Assembly (NCBI GenBank): GCA_977018835.1
Contig: OZ361259.1
Span: forward strand, 2,852,001 to 2,916,000
Reading direction: 5' to 3'
DNA from: Minutocellus sp. GHC0000111
Taxonomy: Eukaryota
Length of the DNA: 64,000 bases
Positions 1-11,133 of the stretch are shown piece after piece; position 1 is the stretch's first letter; each line of letters begins with the position of its first letter. A program made the translations under genes and the position numbers. The notes under the pieces were generated by a model that saw nothing but the letters and a program-made list of their open reading frames with translations, ran no database searches and was not told the DNA's origin.

Positions 1-95
1 AGCGGGGGAAACACTTCTACCGTGCATCATTTTTGGATGTAATCCAAACTCTACTTCATTTCTTTAGGAATAACTCTAATTAATCTATCTATCTA

Positions 96-1553
96 TCAAA
101 ATGACTCAAAACGCCGTGGGCTGTAAGGGGCGGCATCTATCTTTGTATCGCTCCCAAGGATAATGTCTGCGAGAAGCTGTCCACTTCCTGGCCCTTGGGA
201 CCATCCTTTCGAGCCGCCTCCGGTGTTTAAAAACACATTTGAGAGTTTCGTAGGGCCAACGAGTGGGGTATCGTCAGGAGATAACGGCCGATATCCTACA
301 TGAACTGAATCCACTTTCATATCGGGAAAGATTTCTTTTGCAACTTTTATCAACGCATCTGCTCGATCGTTGTCGATATTCATTGCCTTCTGAGTATTAT
401 AATCCGAGGTAAACTCCGCAAATCCAGAAAAATGGTACTTGCCGTCGCCAAATGGCGCCACAAACGCCTTGTTTCGCAATGCAATGTTTGTTGGGATTTC
501 CACTTTAGAGCGAAACACAATGATGTAGCCCTTACAGGGCAGTATCGGGCAGGGAACTCCCAAATCAGCGCATAAATTGTAGGATGTGTTGCCAGCTGCA
601 ATCACATACTGATCCGCCTCGAATGTCTGCGGGTTGCTTTCTTGTAAAGCGTCCATGCTCCGTACTTTTCCATCGGCAATCTCAAATTCATTTACCGCAG
701 TATTGAAGTCAAAGAAATATCTATCCCCGTGCGTTTCTACCAGCCTTTCATGCAACCCACCGCAAAATTTATCAATATCACCACTGGAATCTACCTTCCC
801 CAATCTCCCATCGTGCGTTTTGGTTCCAATTGCAGTCCGATTATAGTCCAAGCTGTGCATGATGCCATCGCTTGCATCATTGAAACAATCCATCGAATGA
901 TGCATTAGGGCTGAAATCACCTCATTCTGCTCACCCAAGTAGGGCTTTCGTCGGGCCCATTGAAGGAAAAACTTCCAGAATCTTGCATCAAGCATGAGCT
1001 TGGGGTCAAATCTGAGCAAATTGGCACTTCCAGTATCATTCCTGCTTCCAATCAATTGCCGCAGAGCCATGCGCGCTACGGCGTCCTTGCCTGCAAATAT
1101 CGGCATGTTGGTCCAACTGTTGCTGAGAGAGGGGCACATCAAGCCACCATTGATTCGAGATGTGACTCGGGCTACTCCTGGCAATTCATCGATGAGCCGG
1201 ACGGTGATGGTCGAGGATTGACGCAGAAGGTAGTGCGCCGTGCAGATGCCGGCTATACCACCGCCTATTATGAGCACATCGGTGCTGGCTGGGTTTGAAA
1301 TGGACTGGACAGTATTCGAAGAGAATCTTTGTTGGGTTCGTTGATCCGTGTCAGGAAGATTCTTTGACGAGGTGTGATGGACGAAGTTTCTGGTCGGTGT
1401 TGCGTGGCCGTTCGAGGTAGCCGATTGCAAAGATCGATAACATTTGTTTCTATGCGCTCGTGTTCCACCAATGAATTTCACGCCACGGCACATAGTTGCC
1501 GGCCGGCGCAAGAGCGGCAGGGTAGATGGCGGCATCATGCGAATTGTTCTCAT
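96..1553 (-). CDS. FAD-dependent oxidoreductase, D-amino acid dehydrogenase (DadA/DAO family)-like, probable mitochondrial presequence
   Basis: Rossmann motif DVLIIGGGIAGICTAHYL and C-terminal GYRPLSPDDTPLVG...NTGGGSKGW..GPGSG. The N-terminus is Arg/Ser/Thr-rich. Start is uncertain (ATG at 1553 or 1538). Confidence 0.85.
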   Translation of the reverse strand: MRTIRMMPPSTLPLLRRPATMCRGVKFIGGTRAHRNKCYRSLQSATSNGHATPTRNFVHHTSSKNLPDTDQRTQQRFSSNTVQSISNPASTDVLIIGGGIAGICTAHYLLRQSSTITVRLIDELPGVARVTSRINGGLMCPSLSNSWTNMPIFAGKDAVARMALRQLIGSRNDTGSANLLRFDPKLMLDARFWKFFLQWARRKPYLGEQNEVISALMHHSMDCFNDASDGIMHSLDYNRTAIGTKTHDGRLGKVDSSGDIDKFCGGLHERLVETHGDRYFFDFNTAVNEFEIADGKVRSMDALQESNPQTFEADQYVIAAGNTSYNLCADLGVPCPILPCKGYIIVFRSKVEIPTNIALRNKAFVAPFGDGKYHFSGFAEFTSDYNTQKAMNIDNDRADALIKVAKEIFPDMKVDSVHVGYRPLSPDDTPLVGPTKLSNVFLNTGGGSKGWSQGPGSGQLLADIILGSDTKIDAAPYSPRRFESF

Positions 1554-1783
1554 CTTGGCGGGGGAACTTGGCGGAAAGGGAAAAGTAGCGAAATGCGTGC
1601 ATACCCAAGTCCCTCTGTGGCGGTACCCACGGCCGCGCGCGGCGAGCCAGAGACAGGCAAGGCCACAAGCCACAAGCCCCCAAGGCCACAGAGGTCGGCT
1701 CGCTCATTGGAGCTCATTCCGAGGTCAAGTCTGACCGCTGAGGTCACGAAACCACTGTTCTTCAATGGACATCTTTTCCAATT

Positions 1784-2863
1784 ATGTCTTCCTCATTGCA
1801 AAGCAATGAAAATTCGATGCCTTCGGCCGGTGGCGATCAGCCAGCCCAAAAGAAGCGCAAGACGTACAATGCCGACGTCCCGATCGAGGACGAGGAGTCG
1901 GCACGGACGAAACTCCGAGAGGCCGGCTTTGATCCGGATGATGTTAACACCGCTCGCTCGGACCTTACCCGTCCCGTTAATTACATTTGTGGGTGGAGGG
2001 ATATCACGCCAATGGCGCACTTTGCTTTCCATGGCGACCTGCCCATGTGTCGATATTTGTATCACGTCCGAGGCGCATCGACGACCAAGGCCGCGCAAGA
2101 GCAAAGGACCAGTGAAATGGGGAGAGATGGCACAGCACCGTTTTGGAAGCCGCTATACGGTGCAACCTACATGAAAAAATATGACGTAGCAAAGTGGCTT
2201 TACAAGAATGGGGCCAAAGATGAGATATTCGAGAAGGAAGTTGGACGTGGCGGTGGCACCGTAAGAGCATTCGAAGTCGCGTTTGATCAGGCCGCTGACG
2301 AGTATGGCAAAGAAGGCAAGGCTGTCGACTTCTTCAAATGGCTTGTCTTACAAGGCGTTATGAGAGGTCGGTCAAATGAAACGCTTCGCGAGGCACTTGG
2401 ACAACTCTTTTTGAATGATCACAAATGTTTAGGCCAAGACCCCGAAACTTGGGACACATACCTTGTCCATTGGAGCAAGATTAAGATGTACTATGCATCC
2501 TGGGGGGATGATGTCATTCGTTCCAACAAGGCATTTCAAACCTTTTTACTAGGTACTTGGCGCGCGCCTGACTATTCTGTTGTGGAATTGAAGAAGCTAC
2601 TTGTACAGAAAACTGGTAATGTTCCAGCTTCATCGATGTTGGTCGACAGCGCCGTTTCTGTCGGATATGCCAAAGCTATTTGGGATAGTTTCATGGCAAA
2701 AAGCAGAATGCCTGCTCGTAATCGATGCCTTGGCCCATTCCCTGGTGTTCTGGAACGGATTGCAGAGTTTGTGGGCGTCGTCAAGAGCAAGAAAGAACAT
2801 AGGAATGTTGAGCATTTCCGAAGGATTATGAAGATGCTAGAGAATCCGTACCGGTTCCGGTGA
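1784..2863 (+). CDS. Ankyrin-repeat-containing protein (divergent repeats)
   Basis: 359-aa ORF with ankyrin-like TPMAHFAFHGDLPMCRYL..RGA and PLYGATYMKKYDVAKWLYKNGA. Confidence 0.7.
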   Translation: MSSSLQSNENSMPSAGGDQPAQKKRKTYNADVPIEDEESARTKLREAGFDPDDVNTARSDLTRPVNYICGWRDITPMAHFAFHGDLPMCRYLYHVRGASTTKAAQEQRTSEMGRDGTAPFWKPLYGATYMKKYDVAKWLYKNGAKDEIFEKEVGRGGGTVRAFEVAFDQAADEYGKEGKAVDFFKWLVLQGVMRGRSNETLREALGQLFLNDHKCLGQDPETWDTYLVHWSKIKMYYASWGDDVIRSNKAFQTFLLGTWRAPDYSVVELKKLLVQKTGNVPASSMLVDSAVSVGYAKAIWDSFMAKSRMPARNRCLGPFPGVLERIAEFVGVVKSKKEHRNVEHFRRIMKMLENPYRFR

Positions 2864-2958
2864 TAGGAAAACAATATGGACAATAATGTGGAAAGAATTT
2901 TGACGCGTTGTCACTGTCGAAACATTCTATTTGATTCAACATTTATACCCAAATATCT

Positions 2959-3722
2959 TTACCCACTCTTTTCTACGTACATGCAAATCAACTTGGCATT
3001 ATCTTTTTGAATTCTCTCCAGTGTGTATGATTTACCATCCTCCGAAGCGACAAAGCTAACCTTCCGCAATCCCAATATGCCCGATACCTTGGCGTTGGTA
3101 ATCTTGCCAATATCGTAGACCTGCTCGGTATCCTCTTCACCGCTACAAACGCCTTTCCGAACGAAGCAAATCTTAGTTTTCGATACGACGAACATGGCCA
3201 GAATCGGACCACTGAGCGTTCGTTTGCCCAATGAGGCCCACCCCATCAACAATACTTCGTCACCATTATGTAGATATGTTACTTTCGGCCCACTGAGCGG
3301 CATGAACCAGCTGGGGGATGTACAACGCGTCCTGGCCACCTGGAAATGCCATGTCCTTCGATGCGGTCAAGGCCCGCTCTCGACTATTCTCGATGCAAGG
3401 GGCGGCTCTGCACGTACTTTACTTTTTCTCACCTTCTCATCCGCAACTCATAAAGGAACTCCTTGAGCTGTCCGTAGCAGCCAGCCAGACACAACAAGGC
3501 AAGTGAAATCCCACCGACGACCGCCCCAATTATCGCTCCATGGGAACTTTGTCCCCGTGGCGCTGCTGTTGGGGACAGAGTTGGCCTCCCCTCAACTTCG
3601 TCTCCGTCTTCAGCGTTGGCAACAACAGGCAGCAATTCCGCGAACAGGAAGATGAACCACAGCAATCGGATAGGGGTCTTTGAACAAGCTGGCTGCCTTT
3701 TTAAAATACCAAGCAGAGGCAT
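2959..3722 (-). CDS. Single-pass membrane protein: signal peptide + TM + C-terminal PH-like domain; 2 exons (3722-3433, 3310-2959)
   Basis: Signal LLWFIFLFAELLPVVANA and TM GAIIGAVVGGISLALLCLAG. A phase-2 intron GTGAGA(3432)...CCCCCAG(3311) joins the two ORFs in frame. Exon 2 has a beta-rich/C-terminal helix pattern like bacterial PH domains. Confidence 0.6.
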
Positions 3723-4175
3723 TCCTTGGTAGAAAAACAGTAGCGATCGAAAAGCTGCTTGATAGTAGCCTTGAGCTAAGTTGGGTGCTGGTTGTGCTTG
3801 CCGTTCATGTGGCGCCTTGTCGATGATCAGCCATGCGCCGGCATGCAGCGCTTGTTGCTTTCGAGGGAAAACTCGAAGAGAAAGGGGCGATCTGAAATTT
3901 TCAATTTCCGGGTTTCGTTGAGCCATCCGAACGGATTTTTCCCGCATTTTTTACCCGCCAACGCTAAACCGTTCATACGACCGGACGGCTGCTGCTGCTG
4001 GAGACCAGTTGCTTGGGGTGCTTGCTGCTTATTGCCTTGTATCTTTCGCCGTCTCTGCTGATAACTTGCAGAGTCATCTGATTGAGATAGAGGTGGGAAG
4101 CAGGCGTATCTTTTGTCTAGTAGCTGACTGGACTTGCCGATCTCTCGATTTCTGTACAAGCACAACAGAAAAAAA

Positions 4176-6360
4176 ATGAAGCTCTCCGCCTATTCCGCAC
4201 CTCACCTCTTATTGGCGGCGGTAGCAGCTGCATTGGCCTTCCCAGCCTCCACTGTCAATGCGCTCGATCCTCTCGTGGTGCTGGATGTGGCCAAGGACGT
4301 CCGACTTGAGCATTGGTGAGTTTTTGTATGCATCGAAAAGCTGCGTAATACAAAAGCAGCACATCTTGTGACGTGTTTTCGCTAATTTCGCTTTGCATGC
4401 ACATGTATGACTTGTCGGCGGCAACATTTATTCTGTTTGGACTGCATCTCACCACCCTGCTGAATACGCTCCTTTCTTTATATACAGCGAGGGACCGTGC
4501 GACAAGTCGGACGACTGCGCCAAGAACATGAAATGCGTCCAGCGCGACGAAAACGATTCCGAGGAGGAATTCGTCCAAACCCTGCGCAAGTTTGGCTGCA
4601 CCGGCACCGTGCATCCCAAGGCCGATTACTGCGTCGATCCCGACAAGAAATTGAAGGACGCCCACGTGCCTCCGGAGCCGACCGGTGAGCCCACCATGGC
4701 ACCGACGACTGCCGAACCGACGGAACCACCAACGACCGAGGCCGAGAAGCGTCCTCGTCGTTGGACCGATGTGATGCCCGGTGATATTTTGACGACGCTC
4801 ATCGAAGAGCAGGAAGTCATCGAGTCGGAAGTGGTTGTCGACATGACGGGATCTGGTTCCACCAACACAGTCAATGGTGTGCCCAAGCCCAGCATTCCTC
4901 AAACAATGAAAATGATGGCCGCCATGGAACGCGATCCGTTCAAGTTCACGGAAATGCCCAGTGCCATGCCCTCGGATGCACCGTCGTTCAGTCCTACCGA
5001 CATTCCAACTCTTTCGCCCAGTACCAGTCCAACGCTTGGTCCCACCAAGGATCCGTATCCTCCCAAGCCCATCCCTAAGGATCCCGAAGGAACCTACTTT
5101 GACTACTCGGACGACAGCGACCGCGGTCCGCGCAAGTGGGGGTCCAACCTCAAGGGCGAGAAGATGGACCAAGCCGACTACTGGGACGATTTTGACGAGT
5201 ACATCCGCCCCGACCTCCAGGAGAACATGTGCGACTACAACGACAAGACGGCACGTCAATCTCCCATTGATGTGAGTTTTGACAAGGCGACGTCGCAGTG
5301 CTTTGAGTACCATCAGATCCGAAGCAAGCCGGGCGAGTGGGGCATCACCCATCCCAAGGTCGAGAAGCAGATCCTGCCCAACAAGCTGCGATTTGTCTAC
5401 GATCGCAAGTTCGAGGGTGGGTTCGGCGGTGCCGATACCAATGACATGGTCAAGGGTGCCAGTGCCGACATGCCCAAGGCGTGGGGATATCAGATGCCCG
5501 TGCTGCACGTCGATGTCAAGATCCCGTCCGAGCATACCATGGAGGGCAAGCGTTATGCCGCCGAGTATCAGATATTCATGATTCTGAATCGCCAGGACAA
5601 GAAGCGCGGTGCTCCCGCCGTTTCGGTGTTGTTTGATATCCACCCGGAAGAGGAGGACAACCACCGCATTCAGCAAATGATTGATGAGTTCCAAAAGGTT
5701 TACGATGCCGACATGGCCGAGTGCGAAGGTTTCCGCAGAAAGCAGCGTCGTTTGGGGGCCTGGGCGGACAATACTCTTGGTGGTGCAATCGCCTCGAAAA
5801 TTGCCGAGGAAGTTCAGAGCACCATCCTCGATGAGCCGCAGGAGATGGAGGCGGAATTCCAGGAAAATCTCGGCAACCTCCGCCGCAAGGCTCAGGAGTA
5901 CCGCAAGTGGAATCCCTGGCATGAGACCATTGTTACCAGTCCGTGGTTCTACGGGTATGAGGGATCGCTCACCGAGCCACCCTGCTCCGAGTTTGTGGAA
6001 TGGAGAGTCATTCTGGAACCCGCCCTCATTTCCACTCGTCAACTTGCTCAGATGAAGAACATTCTCTTCAATCACGTCAATGGCAAGTGTGAGCGTACGT
6101 CGGTTCACAGCAGCGAGAATGGCGTCGCTCGGCCCACCCAGCCCCTCAACGGCCGTGCCTTGTATCAGTGCATGTGCCGTGATTTCATCACTGACAAGGA
6201 CCGTCAGTGGTACGGAGAAAACAGATGCAAATGGACGGAGCGTGATCAGTTTGGTTTCGATAAGGAGAAATATACATACGAGTGGTACCAGAGCACACAC
6301 AAGTACATGTCGATCGAAGAGTATTGGAAGGTCGCTGGCAAGCCGGATTGGGCGAAGTAA
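4176..6360 (+). CDS. Secreted frustulin-repeat + Pro/Thr linker + alpha-carbonic anhydrase-like protein; 2 exons (4176-4315, 4488-6360)
   Basis: Signal peptide, then intron GTGAG(4316)...TACAG(4487). The spliced N-terminus reads LEHCEGPCDKSDDCAKNMKCVQR...GC...DYC (frustulin ACR). Alpha-CA motifs are RQSPID, PSEHT and YGYEGSLTEPPCSEFVEW. Confidence 0.85.
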
Positions 6361-6427
6361 TGTGATCACACCAGGCAGGAAATACTACTTATTTCATAAA
6401 TGCATTTAGAGAGATAATTTCATTCTA

Positions 6428-7683
6428 TTAAATTGAGTCTACTGCTACACTTGGCAGCGAGCCTCGTGCCATATGATTCTTGTAACTAACAACGCCATCC
6501 CAGGCCACATCACTGAAATTGACCCCCAACACTCGTAGCGATGGCGGCAAGAACCGAAAGCATACCAATTGGTACGGCGCAATGACGGCCGACATTCCCC
6601 AGCTTGCTTTGAGCGTGCCCATGTAGTCGGCTTGAAATTGTGGTATGATATCATCTCGGAGCCTGTACCCTTCTAGCACGCCTGTCACGAGCATGTTCAG
6701 AGCCACGAAAACCGAGTCCAGAAGGAGGGCGTCGGCCATGACATGAGCCGATGAGGCGAGAGTCCGAAATCCCTTGGGCATCTTGCTCACCGGTAGCAGC
6801 CTCTCAAACAAATTATAGGAGTAGTGCAATATTGGTCCCGTGAAGAGCATGGCACTGGTCATTGCCGAAATGCCACGGCGGACGTCGTACTGCATGCGTT
6901 GGGAGCTGTCGTGGTCGGTCCATCGCTGCCATTTGCATTTGCGTTCTTGTTGTCCTCCTCCAGCTTGTGGGCGAAGCATTGGGCACCGATATCTCCCAGA
7001 AATCCAACAATACCACCCGTAATGCATTTGGTAATGAGTGGATGCGTCTCCAATCGGGTTATGTACCATGTAGAACTTTTAGCCATGGACTTGCTTGCGC
7101 TTGAAAAGTGATTCTTGGCCATTTTCGACAATTGTGTGTGATATGCCAGCAAAACGGCGACGAGGGATCGGTGGGTGGACGACTCGGCCGCCGAAGAGGC
7201 CAGTTGCAGTGCCGTTTGAGGTAGCTGGGACTCTCCACGGTGGAAGATGAGGGATAGAAGACCACCACCAAACAGGCGAATGACGTTTGTGCTCTGCTTC
7301 TTGTCGACAAAGCCGAATTGTTCGTCGCTATTTTCGTCTTCTTCACTGTTGTTTTCTCCGTCTCGATTATTGTCACCACCTCCACCGCTGCCGCCACGGC
7401 GTCGGTTGTTGATTCCATCGTTACCATCACCATTACCGCCTCCATCCATAGCAAGCAAAAGTCATGGCTTTCTTTCATATGCTTCGCTCGCACATCCAAA
7501 AGTAGGTGATGACTTGATTATACCCGCCGATCGAACGCATGTGAGGCCATATGTTGGCTGAACTTGCGAAAAGGCCTCAGCCGATCGAGTCAAGACATGC
7601 GGTTGCAGCAAAAGTAAAGCTGCAGCGATAAGTGGCGCAGAAATATGTTTGCATCGCGTTCGCTTTCGATTCGGGAGATTCAT
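6428..7683 (-). pseudogene. Mpv17/PMP22 family membrane protein with bipartite plastid pre-sequence; disrupted
   Basis: Motifs WYITRLETHPLITKCITGGIVGFLGDIGAQ, YDVRRG, GPILHYSY and YQLVCFRFLP..LRV, with a signal ending AEA-F. Lesions are an in-frame TGA at 7464-7462 and a frameshift at about 6890-6930. Confidence 0.75.
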
Positions 7684-8009
7684 GCTGGCGCGCCGATTGC
7701 CTGCGCGGGCTACTTTGCAAGTTTCGTGGCACATACTACGCTCAAAAAAAAGGAAGTTGTCGACGGTGGCTTGTAGTATTTTTTCTTCAAGATCAAAGAA
7801 TAATGAGCTTTGTGCCTCACTTCTGCTTGCTTTGTATGCTTGTGTTTCAAGCCTTGTCTTGGTTGGCTCAAGATGTTTGTGCGGTGGCGAAGAACTCACA
7901 GCATGCGGGCCGGCATGTTGCGGTCTGGCTGACGAAGAAACGATGACGCATCTCGAGCCGATGGCGGAGAGCTTTTCGGTCCGAAATTGGCTCATAACCG
8001 AATGGTGGT

Positions 8010-8384
8010 ATGATGCTCGGCGACGATGACCACAAAAGTAGAGTCAGAGGCCAGCGAAGCGCAAGAAGCAAAGACAAAATGAAGGTCAAAGGTTCCCAGG
8101 TAGCCGCCAACACAGAATCACCCATCGCGCCAAGATGTGCCAAATATCACACCTCGGTCCATAAGCTCAAATCCATCGATCTCGACGCCATCGGCGATCG
8201 CAAGAACAATGTCCTGTTGGATCTGATGAGGTGTCAGGTCAAGGCCGATAAGACCAAGTGCCAGAAAGAGAGCAAGCTGTATGAGAATTGTCACGCGGGT
8301 GTCATGGGCATCGGTAACTTTGAGGGCAGAAAGAATTGCGGCCAGGAGTTGGAGGTGCTCTATAAGTGTCTGTTTTCGTCTTAA
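8010..8384 (+). CDS. Small cysteine-rich hypothetical protein (CX9C-like spacing)
   Basis: 124-aa ORF with coding-like codon usage; CQKESKLYENC (CX9C) and CGQELEVLYKC (CX9C). Confidence 0.6.
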   Translation: MMLGDDDHKSRVRGQRSARSKDKMKVKGSQVAANTESPIAPRCAKYHTSVHKLKSIDLDAIGDRKNNVLLDLMRCQVKADKTKCQKESKLYENCHAGVMGIGNFEGRKNCGQELEVLYKCLFSS

Positions 8385-8543
8385 GAGAAGACATTTTGGA
8401 GCGGAGATCTGCGTTGGATATGTCTCAAAAGCGATAGAGGCCGTTTGTTCTCAGTTTAGGTTCAGGATGCGCCACAGTGCCTGAGTGTCGTCCATTCCAC
8501 CGGAAGTTCATTTCTGCATTTCGAAGCAAAAAGAGCGTAAACA

Positions 8544-9050
8544 ATGGCCAACCTGGAACGAGAAATGCGTATCCTGATGAGCTCGTCACTTGATGTGACT
8601 TCAGGTAATTTGAACGATCTTAGCAGGTACTTTTTTGACCCGTTCAGCACTGCTGCGAAAAAGAAAGTTGAAGGAGATTTCACTGTGACGAGCTGGAGTT
8701 TCCAAGGTGGAAAGGAGGTCCTACTTTTAGTGCACAACGAACATTTGTTGTACTGCCCATGGTATCACAGACTTTCGTGGCACTACAACTGTCTTTCTTC
8801 GCTTGGCCACAATATGGGATTAGACGACGCTTTTGCGCTCTTTTATCAGGTCGAGTCGCCAATGTTCGCGACTGATTTCAGGCTTCGTGAATGGAGACGT
8901 GTGCAGTTTGGTCAGATCAAAGTAAGGGCCGCAATGTTGATGCAACCAGGAGACCTGGAGATGCACATCGGAGGAAACAACTGCAACAAGGAAATCTGGA
9001 ATCACGTGGATTCTGTGACCTTCATGAACGCTTCATACTTTCGTGAATAA
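8544..9050 (+). CDS. Hypothetical protein
   Basis: 168-aa ORF with AAACAATG start context and an AT-rich 3' flank; no recognisable motif. Confidence 0.35.
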   Translation: MANLEREMRILMSSSLDVTSGNLNDLSRYFFDPFSTAAKKKVEGDFTVTSWSFQGGKEVLLLVHNEHLLYCPWYHRLSWHYNCLSSLGHNMGLDDAFALFYQVESPMFATDFRLREWRRVQFGQIKVRAAMLMQPGDLEMHIGGNNCNKEIWNHVDSVTFMNASYFRE

Positions 9051-9128
9051 ATTAAGAAAAATATGAAAGATACTGGAAATGATGGAAGCATCTAAATACC
9101 TCCGCAAATGCTATACAGGGTACTATAT

Positions 9129-10571
9129 CTACCCAACCATAATTATAACCACCGAGACATTGTCTGTTGAGCCTCTCTGTAATGCCTCATCTACAACCAG
9201 CTCGGCAACTCGTTTCCACTGCATGCGCAGCTGTTTTGCTTCCAAGGCAACGCTTTCACCTTCATCGAATGCACCAGGCGCATCCACCAAAACCTCCTGC
9301 AGCTTTCGACGCACAAAGTCGGCAACGTCTTCGTTTTCCATTACATCCCAGAGACCATCCGACGCCAAAAGTATTATATCCCCCGTTCGATCACCACTGA
9401 TATCATACGTTGATATCTCCACCTCGGATGATACGCATGGCTTCTCAGCTCGATCCCCGATGGCCCGAGCGACGGCGAGATTGCCATTGATTCGATATAC
9501 ACCGGTTCCCTCAATTGGACTGCCATCGGCATCACTCATGCCACACCAATCGACTGATCCACCACTGGCCTCGATTCGATTTCGTTCCATAACATCGTTG
9601 GGCTTGTGATCTCGAGTGAGCTGCACCACAGAGCCATCTCTTTTGCATAATATGGCACGACTATCTCCCACATTTGCAGAAATCAGAGTACGTTGCAGCA
9701 GGTTATCTTCATCTACGGTCCCTTCGTGAATCATCACTGCTACGGCTGTACTCCCTTGATACGACCAGTGAGATATTCGATTGACTTCGGCATCGACCTT
9801 CTCGAAGGCCGTCTGCAGAGCGTTTATGCATGCTTTGACTGATGGAGCTGTTGGTATCGCTGGTTTCTTCACTTTATCGCTTGTAGTTGCATCATCGTTG
9901 TTTTCTTCAACCGAATCAGCGGACCCATCTTCTCCAATCTCAATAGCCTCGGAAGCTGCCGCCGCCGGTAGGGCTGCTTGCAGGCTGGCATACAAATTCT
10001 GCCGCAGATATCGCGATACGGCACTCCCGCCATGCCCATCGAATACAGCGCAAAACTTGGCCCCATTGCTCACTATAAACTCATCCTCCATGTACGGACG
10101 GGCACCCTTGGTCTTGTGGGATGATACAAAGTATGTCGTGGCGTCAGACGATGCAGATGTAGGTGTAGATGTAGATTGACGTGGAGGTGCCGCTGGCGTC
10201 GACGGCGTCGAGGAAACAGATTTTGACATGTCATCGGTCTTCTGGTCGGAATGATCAGTTTGTTTCGAGGCTCCGCCCCTTGGTATTGTGCCAAGATATT
10301 TTTGATAAACTTCCTTTTGCAAAGCAATACTTTGCTCTCTGCTCCGTATCGGTAGCTGACAACTTGGTGTCAACAAATCTGCCCTCGGCGTCAAATTCTG
10401 TCGGCGAAGTGAAAACACGCGTGATATGCTCGAGGACCATCGCTGATGTGGAAATGCTGGATCAGCCCGAACGCAAGTGGAACAGGCCATCATTACAGCA
10501 GCAGCATATCGTCTCCTTGGTCGCAGTTCGTCTTTCATCGTACTATCCATTGGCATCCTGTTGTTACCCAA
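9129..10571 (-). CDS. Protein phosphatase 2C (PPM family)
   Basis: Complete PP2C motif set: GARPYMEDE, VFDGHGG, GSTA, ANVGDSRA, LTRDHKP, LAVARAIGD, LASDGLWD, GSTDNVSV. Confidence 0.93.
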   Translation of the reverse strand: MGNNRMPMDSTMKDELRPRRRYAAAVMMACSTCVRADPAFPHQRWSSSISRVFSLRRQNLTPRADLLTPSCQLPIRSREQSIALQKEVYQKYLGTIPRGGASKQTDHSDQKTDDMSKSVSSTPSTPAAPPRQSTSTPTSASSDATTYFVSSHKTKGARPYMEDEFIVSNGAKFCAVFDGHGGSAVSRYLRQNLYASLQAALPAAAASEAIEIGEDGSADSVEENNDDATTSDKVKKPAIPTAPSVKACINALQTAFEKVDAEVNRISHWSYQGSTAVAVMIHEGTVDEDNLLQRTLISANVGDSRAILCKRDGSVVQLTRDHKPNDVMERNRIEASGGSVDWCGMSDADGSPIEGTGVYRINGNLAVARAIGDRAEKPCVSSEVEISTYDISGDRTGDIILLASDGLWDVMENEDVADFVRRKLQEVLVDAPGAFDEGESVALEAKQLRMQWKRVAELVVDEALQRGSTDNVSVVIIMVG

Positions 10572-11133
10572 TCAGCTCGCCGAAAAGAAAAATGTGGTCG
10601 AGAGCAAAGCAGAAGTAGGCGAATCGCGGAGATCAACAGCGGGGGCAAAGCTACCGAGCAGGGCTCAAAGGGGATGAAAACGGAGGCGGCGGGGCAGTGC
10701 AATGAACAAAGAGTGGGTGGACTATGGCACTTCCTGTACTTATTAGCTACCTTCCGCCCGAAAATGTGAGGCTCGCGGTTTGCGGAGCAGAGGCTGACTG
10801 GCGGTTTGCGGCACATAAGTTCCGGGTTCCTTTGAGTCGAGCGTTTCAAGATTTCAAACAGCAACGGCCGAGCAGGTCAAGCCAGTCGAGTCACTTCAAA
10901 TTGGATCAAACTATACCCTGTTTACGTTCGCTGTACCTTGTATAGAAGGATAGAGGACCTACAGTATTGCAGTAGTAGCTTTCTCCTTCTGCTGCGTTCT
11001 CCGTTTGCAACCGTCGGAAAACAGCCACGACTTTGATTTTTCCGTCGATCGACCTCAGCTCACAAATTTCAGACACCAACCGAATCCACACAACGAGCCA
11101 AAGCCACCAGCCACCAACGCAACCGCCCAAACC

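Noticed and set aside
4255..6369. 704-aa antisense ORF opposite the carbonic anhydrase (similarly 12406-13410, 40604-41887, 55333-56166)
   Set aside because: These are shadow ORFs caused by GC3-biased codons on the true strand, with no motifs.
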